The notes under the pieces were generated by a model. It did no database searches. It was given only the letters and a program-made list of their open reading frames with translations, and was not told the origin of the DNA. Below, in pieces: positions 7,823 to 17,034 of a stretch of 64,000 nucleotides of DNA. Made by a program: the position numbers and the translations under genes. The first letter of the stretch is position 1. Each line of letters starts with the position of its first letter. The DNA is from Clostridia bacterium (lineage in GTDB: Bacteria; Bacillota; Clostridia; Oscillospirales; CAG-272). The stretch lies in NCBI GenBank assembly GCA_017462615.1, contig JAFTQT010000046.1:26892-90891 (forward strand), written 5' to 3'.

Positions 7823-9307
7823 ATGAAGTTTCAAAGCACCAGAGATAAAAGCGCTGCTAAATTTTCCGCCGCAGAGGTCATCAAGCAAGGCCTTGCTGCC
7901 GACGGCGGTCTGTTCGTTCCCGAAAGCCTGCCTACGCTGACCGAGACTGACATCAAGGCTCTTTGCGCAATGGATTATCCGGAGCGTGCCGCCACCGTTC
8001 TCGGCAAATTTCTGACCGACTATACCGCCGAGGAGTTGCTGGCCGATTGCCGCGCCGCATATGCGGAAAGCTCCTTTGTTGGCGGGGCCGCCCCCTTGCA
8101 CAAAATGGACGATACGATGTATTCCCTGGAGCTGTGGCACGGCCCCACGGCAGCCTTTAAGGATATGGCGCTGCAGATCATGCCTCGCCTGCTTTCCCGC
8201 GCATTGGTAAAGACCGGTGAGGAACGTACGGCTCTGATTTTGGTGGCCACCTCCGGCGATACCGGAAAGGCAGCTCTTGAAGGCTACAAGGACATTGAGC
8301 GCATCAAGATCATGGTATTTTATCCCGTGGATGGCGTCAGCACCGTGCAGAAGCTCCAAATGCAGACACAGACGGGTGATAATGTCAACGTCACCGCCAT
8401 CAAGGGTAATTTTGATGATGCCCAGACTGGCGTCAAGAAGATCTTTGGCAACGCAGAAACCGCAAAGAAGTTGGACGGGATGGGCTACTTCCTCTCCTCC
8501 GCCAATTCCATTAACTGGGGACGTCTCGCACCGCAGATCGTCTATTACGTTTCCGCTTACTGCGATCTGCTCACCAATGGTGCGCTGAAATACGGTGAGC
8601 CTATGAACGTAACGGTACCCACCGGCAACTTCGGCAATATTTTCGCCGCCTATCTAGCAAAGAAAATGGGTCTGCCTATCGATAAGCTGATCTGCGCATC
8701 CAACAAAAATCATATTTTGACCGATTTTCTCACCACGGGTACCTATGACCGCAACCGTGATTTTTACCTGACCATGTCCCCCTCCATGGATATTCTTATT
8801 TCCAGCAATTTGGAGCGTCTTCTCTATTTCGTTGCGGGCCCTGAGCGCACCGCTGCCTACATGAAGCAGCTCAATGAAAACGGTATCTATACCGTTGACG
8901 AAGATATCAAAAACGCCATTTCTCAAAGCTTCTATGGCTACTTTGCTGACGAGCAGCAAACCGCCGAAACCATTCGCCGTACGATGGATCGTTATCACTA
9001 TCTCATTGATACGCACACGGCCGTAGCCATTTCTGCTGCCGAACAATACGTAGAAGAAACCGGTGACCGCAAGCCGATGGTGATCGCTTCCACGGCCAGC
9101 CCCTACAAATTCGCCGCCGACGTGTACGCCTCTCTTTACGAGGGCACCTCTGCCTCTCCTCTGACCGCACTGGACGACCTCTCCGCCAAGAGTGGCACCG
9201 AGATCACCTATCCTCTCCGCGGCATTGGCGAGCGTACGGTCCGCTTCACCGACGTGGTAGAGGCGAGCGAAATGCAGGACGCCGTATTTGCTTATCTCGC
9301 AAAATAA
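7823..9307 (+). CDS. thrC: Threonine synthase (long form)
   Basis: MKFQSTR...GLAADGGLFVPE N-terminus, PLP-lysine motif PTAAFKDMALQ and TSGDTGKAA. Confidence 0.9.
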   Translation: MKFQSTRDKSAAKFSAAEVIKQGLAADGGLFVPESLPTLTETDIKALCAMDYPERAATVLGKFLTDYTAEELLADCRAAYAESSFVGGAAPLHKMDDTMYSLELWHGPTAAFKDMALQIMPRLLSRALVKTGEERTALILVATSGDTGKAALEGYKDIERIKIMVFYPVDGVSTVQKLQMQTQTGDNVNVTAIKGNFDDAQTGVKKIFGNAETAKKLDGMGYFLSSANSINWGRLAPQIVYYVSAYCDLLTNGALKYGEPMNVTVPTGNFGNIFAAYLAKKMGLPIDKLICASNKNHILTDFLTTGTYDRNRDFYLTMSPSMDILISSNLERLLYFVAGPERTAAYMKQLNENGIYTVDEDIKNAISQSFYGYFADEQQTAETIRRTMDRYHYLIDTHTAVAISAAEQYVEETGDRKPMVIASTASPYKFAADVYASLYEGTSASPLTALDDLSAKSGTEITYPLRGIGERTVRFTDVVEASEMQDAVFAYLAK

Positions 9308-9311
9308 AAAA

Positions 9312-9336
9312 GGATGCGGAGCGAGGCTCCGCATCC
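9312..9336. terminator. Bidirectional terminator (thrC / DUF1540 gene)
   Basis: GGATGCGGAGC-gag-GCTCCGCATCC, flanked by an A-run upstream and a short AAAATTT stretch downstream. Confidence 0.7.
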
Positions 9337-9343
9337 GCAAAAT

Positions 9344-9529
9344 TTAGTTTTGCTTGGGCTTGAAGGTCGCACAGATGGTATCAGTGCTGGAGGTGGCATA
9401 GCTAGGGCCTACAGCAATCTTCTGCGCGGTGCAATGGCAATCGCCCTGGTGATACTGGCAATTCTTCACATCACAGGTAATACCGTTGTTGATGTGGTCA
9501 CAGCAGTTTTTCTTTTCATTCATTTCCAT
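9344..9529 (-). CDS. DUF1540-like cysteine-rich small protein
   Basis: MEMNEKKNCCDHINNGITCDVKNCQYHQGDCHCTA has the DUF1540 Cys/His pattern. I chose ATG 9529, 8 nt after AGGAGAG. Confidence 0.7.
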   Translation of the reverse strand: MEMNEKKNCCDHINNGITCDVKNCQYHQGDCHCTAQKIAVGPSYATSSTDTICATFKPKQN

Positions 9530-9607
9530 TTTATTATCTCTCCTTTCGGGTGATAGTAACAGTATGCACCGTTTCACCCCTTTTTATTCTGCAGAAAGGA
9601 GCCGTTT

Positions 9608-10342
9608 ATGGCATTATATACCATTGCTGACCTGCATTTGTCGGCCACGTCAGATCATCCGATGGACGTGTTCGGCTCCCGCTGGCAGCACTATATGCAA
9701 AAAATTGAAAAAAACTGGCGCGCCGTGATCACACCGGAGGACACCGTCGTTTTACCCGGTGATATTTCCTGGGCTATGACGCTAAAGGAGGCGTTGGCTG
9801 ATTTCCAATTGCTCCATTCCCTTCCCGGAAAAAAACTGATCGGCAAGGGCAATCACGATTTCTGGTGGGAGACAGCCGCAAAGCAGCAGCGCTTTTTTGA
9901 TGAGCACGGCTTTGATAGCTTTTCTCTCCTTTATAATAACGCCTACGTAGTAGAGGATTTTATCGTGTGCGGAACCCGTGGCTGGTTTCTTGAAAAAACG
10001 CAGCAGGTCACCGTTGGCGAGGTAGATTACGCCAAAATCGTCAATCGAGAGCTTTTACGACTGAAGCTCAGCCTCAACGCAGCCAAAGCACTGAAGGAAT
10101 CGCACCCGGAAAAGGAAATTCTGGTCTTTCTGCATTTTCCGCCCCTGTGGGGAGACTTCATTTGTGCGGAATTCCTTGATACCATTCAGTCTTTTGGCGT
10201 AAAGCGTTGCTTTTTCGGTCACATTCACGGCAGCTACAACGCTCCCCCAAAACAGATTTATGGTGATCTTTCGCTGCACCTCATTTCGTCAGATTACCTG
10301 AATTTTATTCCTTTTCGCATCCACCAAATTGCAGAACTGTGA
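9608..10342 (+). CDS. Metallophosphoesterase
   Basis: Calcineurin-like phosphoesterase motifs in order: IADLHL, LPGDISW, GNHDFWW, LHFPP, GHIHG. Confidence 0.8.
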   Translation: MALYTIADLHLSATSDHPMDVFGSRWQHYMQKIEKNWRAVITPEDTVVLPGDISWAMTLKEALADFQLLHSLPGKKLIGKGNHDFWWETAAKQQRFFDEHGFDSFSLLYNNAYVVEDFIVCGTRGWFLEKTQQVTVGEVDYAKIVNRELLRLKLSLNAAKALKESHPEKEILVFLHFPPLWGDFICAEFLDTIQSFGVKRCFFGHIHGSYNAPPKQIYGDLSLHLISSDYLNFIPFRIHQIAEL

Positions 10343-10368
10343 ACTTTTTATTATTTTAACGAAAAGTC

Positions 10369-10397
10369 TTGACAAATTAAGGCAAAAACAGTAAAAT
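10369..10397 (+). promoter_or_regulatory. Sigma-A-type promoter candidate for tig
   Basis: TTGACA (10369-10374), 17 nt, TAAAAT (10392-10397). Confidence 0.55.
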
Positions 10398-10437
10398 ATA
10401 CTTTGTATGAATTTTTCTATCATCGGAGGAATTAAAA

Positions 10438-11754
10438 ATGAAATTGGTAAAGTCTGAAAAGATCGAGAACAGCAGATATGAGCTTCATATCTCGGTCGAT
10501 AAGGCTACCTTTGAGGAGGCCGTAAACAAGGCCTACCAGAAGGAAGGTAAAAAGATCAGCGTGCCCGGCTTCCGCAAGGGCAAGGCTCCTCGCTCCATCA
10601 TCGAGAAGATGTACGGCACCGGCGTGTTCTACGAAACCGCCATCAACGACCTCATCCCCGGCGCCTACAGCGAGGCACTGGACGAGTCCGGCATCTCTCC
10701 TGTGGCACAGCCTGAGTTTGACATCGTTTCCATTGACGAGAACGGCCTGCTCCTTTCCGCCAAGGTATATGTAAAGCCCGACGTAACTCTTTCTGATTAT
10801 ACCGGCATCGCTGTCAACCGCACCGTTGCTCCCGTTGAGGATGCAGAGGTTGAAAGCGAGATCAACACCGTTCGTGAGCGCAACTCCCGCGAGGCTGAGG
10901 TTCTTGGCCGCGCTGCCGAGTCCGGCGACACCGCTGTGATCGACTACGAGGGCTTCTGCGACGGCGTCGCTTTCGAGGGCGGCAAGGGCGAGGACTACGC
11001 TCTTAAGCTGGGCTCCAACACCTTCATTCCCGGCTTCGAGGATCAGATCATTGGCCACAAGGTTGATGATGAGTTCGACGTTAACGTCACCTTCCCCACC
11101 GAGTACCACTCCGCAGAGCTGGCCGGCAAGGAGGCTACCTTCAAGTGCAAGATCCACGCCCTCACCCGCGTAGAGCTCCCCGAGCTTGACGACGATTTTG
11201 CTAAGGATGTTTCCGAATTTGACACCATGGATGAATATAAGGCCGATCTGAAGGCAAAGATCGAGAAGAGACACCTTGATTCTGCCGACGCTGCCGTTGG
11301 CGAGCAGCTGGTGGATGCCCTCATCGAGAAGATGGAGGCCGACATTCCCGCTCCTATGTACGATGCCGAGACCGAGAACTTCCTGCGCGACTACGACAAC
11401 AGACTGCGCATGTCCGGTCTTGACCTCAACACCTATATCAAGTACACCGGCATGACCCTGGAGAAGCTCCGCGAGGAGTTCCGTCCCCAGGCCGAGCGCC
11501 AGGTAAAGGCACGCCTTGCTCTCGAGAAGGTTGCCGAGCTTGAAAAGGTTGAGGTGACCGAGGAGGATATCAACGGCGAATACGAGCGCATTGCCGCCGC
11601 ATATAGTATGACGGCCGACAAGGTGAAGGAAAGCCTGCCTGCTGACGTGATCGTAGAGGACCTCCGCGTCAAGAAGGCAATGGACCTCGTCCGCGAAAAG
11701 GCTGTTGTAACCGACGTTGCTCCCGAGGAAAAGAAGACTGAAGAAGAGGCTTGA
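10438..11754 (+). CDS. tig: Trigger factor
   Basis: GFRKGKAP ribosome-binding signature, FKBP-type PPIase middle region, and position upstream of clpP-clpX. Confidence 0.95.
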   Translation: MKLVKSEKIENSRYELHISVDKATFEEAVNKAYQKEGKKISVPGFRKGKAPRSIIEKMYGTGVFYETAINDLIPGAYSEALDESGISPVAQPEFDIVSIDENGLLLSAKVYVKPDVTLSDYTGIAVNRTVAPVEDAEVESEINTVRERNSREAEVLGRAAESGDTAVIDYEGFCDGVAFEGGKGEDYALKLGSNTFIPGFEDQIIGHKVDDEFDVNVTFPTEYHSAELAGKEATFKCKIHALTRVELPELDDDFAKDVSEFDTMDEYKADLKAKIEKRHLDSADAAVGEQLVDALIEKMEADIPAPMYDAETENFLRDYDNRLRMSGLDLNTYIKYTGMTLEKLREEFRPQAERQVKARLALEKVAELEKVEVTEEDINGEYERIAAAYSMTADKVKESLPADVIVEDLRVKKAMDLVREKAVVTDVAPEEKKTEEEA

Positions 11755-11775
11755 TCGCCTTTTCCTAAACAAAAT

Positions 11776-11804
11776 CGGTAGCCGCGACATCGTCGCGGCT
11801 ACCG
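11776..11804 (+). terminator. GC-rich 13-bp hairpin between tig and clpP (no U-tract on plus strand)
   Basis: CGGTAGCCGCGAC-atc-GTCGCGGCTACCG. The plus-strand tail is CGCTCTATA, so it is at best a partial terminator or an RNA-processing/stability element. Confidence 0.35.
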
Positions 11805-11849
11805 CGCTCTATACCTAAAATATCAAATAATGGAGGTTTTGAAAGAATT

Positions 11850-12455
11850 ATGATGGATTTTTTCCGCAATAACGCATTAGTGCCCATGGTCGTCGAGCAG
11901 ACCGGCCACGGCGAGCGTTCCTTTGACATTTTCTCCCGACTCCTCAATGACCGCATCGTTTTTCTCTCCGATGAGGTAAATGACACCACCGCATCTCTTG
12001 TTGTGGCACAGATGCTCTTTTTGGAGGCACAGGATCCCGACAAGGATATCAGCTTTTATATCAACAGCCCCGGCGGCTCCGTGACTGCCGGTATGGCCAT
12101 CTACGACACCATGAATTACATCAAGTGCGATGTTTCCACCATCTGCATCGGCATGGCCGCCTCCATGGGTGCCTTCCTGCTCTCCTCCGGTGCCAAGGGC
12201 AAGCGCTTCGCGCTCCCCAACAGCGAAATTATGATCCACCAGCCCCTCGGCGGTGCCAAGGGCCAGGCTTCTGATATCAAGATCCAGGCTGATCTCATTC
12301 TGCGCACCAGAGACACCCTCAACCGCATCCTGGCCGAGAACACCGGTAAGACCGTCGAGGAGATCGCGAGAGACACCGACCGTGACCACTTTATGACCGC
12401 GAGCGAGGCCCTGGACTACGGCCTTGTGGACAAGGTTCTGGCCAAGCGCGCCTGA
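11850..12455 (+). CDS. clpP: ATP-dependent Clp protease proteolytic subunit
   Basis: [22 protein letters not shown], catalytic GMAASMGA, and IMIHQPLGG. Confidence 0.95.
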   Translation: MMDFFRNNALVPMVVEQTGHGERSFDIFSRLLNDRIVFLSDEVNDTTASLVVAQMLFLEAQDPDKDISFYINSPGGSVTAGMAIYDTMNYIKCDVSTICIGMAASMGAFLLSSGAKGKRFALPNSEIMIHQPLGGAKGQASDIKIQADLILRTRDTLNRILAENTGKTVEEIARDTDRDHFMTASEALDYGLVDKVLAKRA

Positions 12456-12471
12456 TTTTTCAGAGGTTACT

Positions 12472-13785
12472 ATGGCAAACAATAACAACAAGAGCGGGCG
12501 TTATTGCTCCTTTTGCGGCCGAAACGAAAGCCAGGCAAACTACCTTATCCCCTCCCCCACCGGCCTTTATATCTGCGATTTTTGCGTGGATGCCTGTGCA
12601 GAGCTGATTGAAGAGACCGAGGAGCTGCAGGCCGAGGGCACCAATCAGGGCGCCTTTACGCTGGATACCCTTCCCCGCCCCACGCAGATTAAAGCGGCGC
12701 TGGACCAGTACGTCATTGGCCAGGATGAGGCCAAGATCGCGCTGTCCGTAGCGGTTTATAATCACTACAAGCGTGTCCTGTATGCCGACCAGGTCAACGG
12801 CGGCAAAAAGGGCAAAAAGGAAGAGGTTGAGGAGACCGACAGCATCGAGCTGCAAAAGAGCAACGTGCTGCTGCTGGGTCCTACCGGTGTAGGTAAAACC
12901 TATCTGGCCCAAACGCTGGCAAAGACGTTACAGGTGCCTTTCGCCATTGCCGACGCCACCACGCTGACTGAGGCGGGCTACGTGGGCGAGGACGTAGAGA
13001 ACATCCTTCTGCGCCTCATTCAAGCCGCCGACTTTGATATTTCCCTTGCTGAGCGCGGCATCATCTATATCGATGAGATCGACAAGATCGCCCGCAAGAG
13101 CGAGAACCGCTCTATCACCCGCGACGTATCGGGCGAGGGCGTGCAGCAGGCTCTGCTGAAAATTCTCGAAGGTACGGTGGCAAATGTGCCTCCCCAAGGC
13201 GGACGCAAGCACCCTAACCAGGAGTTCATCCACATCAACACCAAAAACATTCTCTTTATCTGCGGCGGTGCCTTTGATGGGCTGGAGGCCGTAATCGAAA
13301 AGCGCAAGGGCAACCAGACGGTTGGCTTTGGCGGCGAGATCCTGAAGAAAGAGGAAAAGAAGAAGGCCGGACTTTACCGCGACGTGCTGCCGCAGGATAT
13401 TGTAAAATACGGTCTGATCCCCGAGCTGGTAGGACGCGTTCCCGTGATGGTTTCCCTCACGGAGCTTGACCGTGACGCGCTGGTGCGCATCATTCGCGAG
13501 CCGAAAAATTCCTTGGTGCGCCAGTATCAGAAGCTCTTTGATATGGACGGCGTAAAGCTCACCTTTGCGGAAGGCGCCATGGAGGCTGTGGCCGAGCTGG
13601 CTCTCGCCCGCAACACCGGTGCCAGAGGTCTGCGCGCCATTATGGAAAATCTGATGCTTTCCGCCATGTATGAGATCCCCGCCCGCAAGGACGTCTGTGA
13701 GGTGCAGATCACACCGGCATCCGTACGCGGCGAGGAAAAGCCCCGTTACGTGCTGCTGCGCGATACGGCGGCCCTCGAGGCATAA
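12472..13785 (+). CDS. clpX: ATP-dependent Clp protease ATP-binding subunit ClpX
   Basis: Zinc-binding CSFCG...CDFC N-terminus and Walker [10 protein letters not shown] chose ATG 12472 ([16 protein letters not shown]); the track ORF extends upstream into clpP. Confidence 0.95.
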   Translation: MANNNNKSGRYCSFCGRNESQANYLIPSPTGLYICDFCVDACAELIEETEELQAEGTNQGAFTLDTLPRPTQIKAALDQYVIGQDEAKIALSVAVYNHYKRVLYADQVNGGKKGKKEEVEETDSIELQKSNVLLLGPTGVGKTYLAQTLAKTLQVPFAIADATTLTEAGYVGEDVENILLRLIQAADFDISLAERGIIYIDEIDKIARKSENRSITRDVSGEGVQQALLKILEGTVANVPPQGGRKHPNQEFIHINTKNILFICGGAFDGLEAVIEKRKGNQTVGFGGEILKKEEKKKAGLYRDVLPQDIVKYGLIPELVGRVPVMVSLTELDRDALVRIIREPKNSLVRQYQKLFDMDGVKLTFAEGAMEAVAELALARNTGARGLRAIMENLMLSAMYEIPARKDVCEVQITPASVRGEEKPRYVLLRDTAALEA

Positions 13786-13793
13786 AACAATTC

Positions 13794-13830
13794 AAAAAGT
13801 CGGAGGAAATCCTCCGACTTTTTGAATTTT
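13794..13830 (+). terminator. Rho-independent terminator of clpX
   Basis: AAAAAGTCGGAGG-aaat-CCTCCGACTTTTT followed by GAATTTT. Confidence 0.85.
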
Positions 13831-13847
13831 ACATCACGAACATATTT

Positions 13848-14273
13848 TTAGACCAAATGTTTGGCTGTTTGAAAGCGCAGCAGCAAGCAATAGATGCATA
13901 TTATTATAGCCAAAAGAGAAAAAAGCGTTCCAGATATTCTTAACCGAACAGAGTTTAATAATACCGCTGCTATAAAATCGATGAATGTTGATATCGTCAT
14001 TAATATGAGGAAACAATCTTTAGCCCAAGAGAATTTTTTGCCTAAAAGCAACATTATAGTGTTAGAAAACCATAGAAGAGTTACAATCCCGATCGTAACG
14101 CGACATAAAAGCAATAAATGTTCTTCATAGGCAGCAAAACAACACAGAGGGATAGAGACGATGGAAAACGGGACCAGAACCAGCGAAAGAGTAAAAAGAA
14201 CTCCAATAGTGCAACTAATTTTTATTGCGTATAATAATTTGACAATATTGTACATTTTTTTATACATTCTCAT
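13848..14273 (-). CDS. Hypothetical 4-TM membrane protein (AT-rich island)
   Basis: Four hydrophobic stretches. ATG lies 5 nt after GAGG. No recognisable family. Confidence 0.6.
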   Translation of the reverse strand: MRMYKKMYNIVKLLYAIKISCTIGVLFTLSLVLVPFSIVSIPLCCFAAYEEHLLLLCRVTIGIVTLLWFSNTIMLLLGKKFSWAKDCFLILMTISTFIDFIAAVLLNSVRLRISGTLFSLLAIIICIYCLLLRFQTAKHLV

Positions 14274-14344
14274 TGTCGCCTCGCTTTTTAGAATTTATGG
14301 CATACAATTGTCTTTATAAAAATGACGATCATGCGCCAACAGAA

Positions 14345-14806
14345 TCAAGGCTTGATCTGTTCCGCGATATGTGACAAAAAGCCTAACAACACCTGCCGCC
14401 TATTGGTAGGGCGAATAAAATTACAGAGACACAAGCCTACAGCGGGAATTGTCAACAGCACGAAGCTTGCATCTTCTATTACAAAGCATCCAAACAGCAT
14501 TGCGGCAATCATCAATGCTGGCAACAGCCGAGTAACGATAATGGCTTCTAAGGTGCGCTTAAAACGACATTGAGCTCTTCCATTCGCATCAATCGTTCCG
14601 CTTAAATATTCATCGCTAAAGGTTTGCCACCCGCGTGGCGTTTTTTTAATTTGCAATCTGAACGTATCATTTGAAAGAGAGCCGTAAATTTCTCCAACTT
14701 CTATTTCAAAGGGCGTCGCCGGAACATTTCTCTGCCAGTAAAAGCGGAATTTTTCAATTGGAACTTGAAAATCAAATTCGTGCGATGCTTTTGATATATT
14801 TTTCAT
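14345..14806 (-). CDS. Hypothetical protein with soluble N-domain and two C-terminal TM segments (AT-rich island)
   Basis: Track frame 14345..14851. I chose ATG 14806 (MKNISKASHEF), 10 nt after AAAGGAGG. Confidence 0.6.
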   Translation of the reverse strand: MKNISKASHEFDFQVPIEKFRFYWQRNVPATPFEIEVGEIYGSLSNDTFRLQIKKTPRGWQTFSDEYLSGTIDANGRAQCRFKRTLEAIIVTRLLPALMIAAMLFGCFVIEDASFVLLTIPAVGLCLCNFIRPTNRRQVLLGFLSHIAEQIKP

Positions 14807-14852
14807 TCCTTGCGTTCCTCCTTTGAATATTTGATTACATAAAATTGACATC

Positions 14853-15224
14853 TCATTTCATATCGTCGTGCAAGCAAATGACTTTGGTTTTGGCCCATTG
14901 ATCACCCAAGCGTGAAACATAATCCTCTCGCAATAAATGAAATTCATAAGCAGGAATAACCAGCGATGGTATATTACGAATAATCAACTGCCGCACTCTG
15001 GGTTTTCCTTCCCCCTCTGCATGCACAACCCTTAAAGAAACGCACACCTTTCCCAAGCTTGCGTTGCCAAAAACAATATCCTTGAACAACCAACAGCAAA
15101 TAACTAACATGATCAAAAGGTAAGGCGAAAACCACTTCCCTGAAAATACGACCGATATGGGGCCCAAAATCGCACCAATAACAAACGTATCGATAAATGC
15201 CGCCGCGATTCTTTTGTTAAACAT
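14853..15224 (-). CDS. RDD family membrane protein (AT-rich island)
   Basis: KRIAAAFIDTFVIG...SLGKVCVSLRVV...IIRNI resembles the RDD-domain pattern. Confidence 0.6.
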   Translation of the reverse strand: MFNKRIAAAFIDTFVIGAILGPISVVFSGKWFSPYLLIMLVICCWLFKDIVFGNASLGKVCVSLRVVHAEGEGKPRVRQLIIRNIPSLVIPAYEFHLLREDYVSRLGDQWAKTKVICLHDDMK

Positions 15225-15253
15225 AATGTATCACGATGCTCCAATCTATATTT

Positions 15254-15613
15254 TTAATTTCGCGAAACGATTCTGTCGTAAGAATAAATATCTGTGTCTA
15301 TTTGTTCAAAATTGTATCGCAGATACACCTCATAAACCATGCCACTGGAAACAGTAACAAGACAAGGAATCACGCATTCTTTATTGTGGATTTTTTGTAT
15401 GTGCTGATCAGGAATCAATGTTACGGATGCTACAGCACCATACTGTTTGACAAATTCATCGTCAGAAACAATAAAAGCATTCGCCTGATAAATCAACGCT
15501 TTTTCAACGGAATATTCAGTATATTTTTCTACCAATACATGCGCACCAATACCCAAAATAGCCAATATGGCAGCACAAGTCAGTGCAATGATAATAAAAT
15601 TCTTTTTAGACAT
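15254..15613 (-). CDS. Hypothetical N-terminally anchored small protein (AT-rich island)
   Basis: MSKKNFIIIALTCAAILAILGIG anchor. ATG 15613 is downstream of AAAGGAG; the track start at 15622 is a TTG only 3 nt from the SD. Confidence 0.55.
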   Translation of the reverse strand: MSKKNFIIIALTCAAILAILGIGAHVLVEKYTEYSVEKALIYQANAFIVSDDEFVKQYGAVASVTLIPDQHIQKIHNKECVIPCLVTVSSGMVYEVYLRYNFEQIDTDIYSYDRIVSRN

Positions 15614-15684
15614 TTTACGCAAATACTCCTTTCCAATTTAGTAAAACCTTGCAAATTTATTTAGACAACAAAGCTTCCTTCCTT

Positions 15685-16158
15685 TTAATAGTGATCTGAA
15701 CTCTTGAAATATACTGTTAGTGGGAATTTTTCACTAGATGTTCTTTTTTCAATTACAGTTTGCGGATAAATAACCAGTCCTTTCTCCAACAAAACTATTT
15801 TATTGCTATCGCACCTAAATTCATAGAGAAAGTTTCCGTCCTTATCCACAAACACAATTCTTTGGATGTTTTCACTTTGTCCTGATTTCACTTGAGCAAT
15901 CGAAATATCTAAGTCGTACCTTTGCGCAAATCCTTCTCCCGATATATAACAATCATCAAAAATGTATGCTCGGTCAAATTCAAACGAAAAAATATCTTGA
16001 ACACGTATTTGCTCTTTTCCTTTTAGAGCAGAAATAAGTCTATCGCTATAATTTATCCTGCTTCGTCGCATAATTGTACACGTTACGATTAAAGATAATG
16101 TTAAAACCAATGTTAAGACTATGCATATAATTATTTTACGGTTTAATCTCATATTCAT
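15685..16158 (-). CDS. Hypothetical N-terminally anchored small protein (AT-rich island)
   Basis: MNMRLNRKIIICIVLTLVLTLSLIV anchor. ATG 16158 lies 5 nt after AAAAGGAAA. Confidence 0.55.
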   Translation of the reverse strand: MNMRLNRKIIICIVLTLVLTLSLIVTCTIMRRSRINYSDRLISALKGKEQIRVQDIFSFEFDRAYIFDDCYISGEGFAQRYDLDISIAQVKSGQSENIQRIVFVDKDGNFLYEFRCDSNKIVLLEKGLVIYPQTVIEKRTSSEKFPLTVYFKSSDHY

Positions 16159-16221
16159 AATAGTTTCCTTTTCCACTAAAAGCTGCCCCTTCAATATTTC
16201 GAATGCCCCAAGTTCATTATA

Positions 16222-17019
16222 TCAAAACGAAGATCGCTTGTCAACATACGCCCCGTCCCTGCCGAGCATCTGCTCGCGGAAGTGGGTAGGGCTGGTGCCA
16301 TAGTGCTTATGGAAGGCATTGGAGAAATAATAGGCGTTCTGATAACCGCAGAGTGCTGCGATCTCGTTCACCTTCATTTTTCCCTCCAAGAGCAGCTGCT
16401 TGGCGTATTGCAGCCGCATACGACTAAGCAGCTCCGACGGTGTACAGCCTACGTGGCGCTTGCATTTCCAGATCAACCCCACGTGAGAAAGATGCACCTC
16501 GGCGGCCAGCTCCTCAATGCTGATCTTTTCCGCCAGATGCTCCGAAAAATAGGCAAGCATAAAGGCAATATCCGGATCTCTTGCCCCCTCGGCCATGGGG
16601 GCAGTGCCGTTAAAAATATTGTATTCCAAAATCACCGTTTTCACCGCGTGCAGAAAAATATCATTGGCGTTTTCGGGTAAGGTTAAAGCCGTTTCGTCCA
16701 AATATTCGATCAGGGCGCGCACGTGACTTTTGGGTAAATTCAGTTTTCCTGCAGGCAGCTTTTGCAGGATCGTCTCGTCATCGCTCAAAAAACCCATCTG
16801 ATGAAAGCCGATGGGTGTAATTACGCGCCTTTCAAAGGGGATATTCTTTGGAAAAAATAGAATTTCATCCGCCTCGGCAATATGCTCCTCCCTGTCAAAT
16901 CGCACACAGCACGAGCCCGCCGTTAGAATCAACAGCATATGCCAGCGCCGCGAGCCCTCCGTCATTTCGAAAAAGGAACGTCGCTGAAAGCTGTTATGAA
17001 AAATCAAATGCAGATCCAT
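16222..17019 (-). CDS. AraC family transcriptional regulator
   Basis: C-terminal double HTH: IEELAAEVHLSHVGLIWKCKRHVGCTP...VNEIAALCGYQNAYYFSNAFHKHYGTSPTHFR. Confidence 0.85.
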   Translation of the reverse strand: MDLHLIFHNSFQRRSFFEMTEGSRRWHMLLILTAGSCCVRFDREEHIAEADEILFFPKNIPFERRVITPIGFHQMGFLSDDETILQKLPAGKLNLPKSHVRALIEYLDETALTLPENANDIFLHAVKTVILEYNIFNGTAPMAEGARDPDIAFMLAYFSEHLAEKISIEELAAEVHLSHVGLIWKCKRHVGCTPSELLSRMRLQYAKQLLLEGKMKVNEIAALCGYQNAYYFSNAFHKHYGTSPTHFREQMLGRDGAYVDKRSSF

Positions 17020-17034
17020 CTCATATCACCAACT

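Noticed and set aside
10432-11790. Long ORFs antisense to recognisable genes. Examples: 452 aa opposite tig, 3124..4071 opposite the iPGM gene, 28299..30119 opposite secA, 36394..37560 opposite dnaE, 42724..44352 opposite the aminopeptidase gene, 17061..18125 opposite the oxidoreductase gene, and 50788..51909 opposite glyQS.
   Set aside because: Their translations are low-complexity (rich in G, A, V, L, R, H) with no recognisable motifs. They mirror strongly supported genes in GC-rich DNA, where stop codons are rare on the antisense strand. They are typical shadow ORFs.
12424-12471. An upstream extension of clpX overlapping clpP ([16 protein letters not shown]...).
   Set aside because: ClpX proteins start just before the zinc-ribbon CxxC. 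ATG 12472 gives [16 protein letters not shown] and follows an AGAGG-like SD.
13786-16221. Calling the AT-rich island a mobile element or prophage remnant.
   Set aside because: I saw no integrase, transposase or recombinase, no terminal inverted repeats, no flanking direct repeats and no tRNA target. Only the compositional anomaly is supported, so it is reported as an island, not a mobile element.
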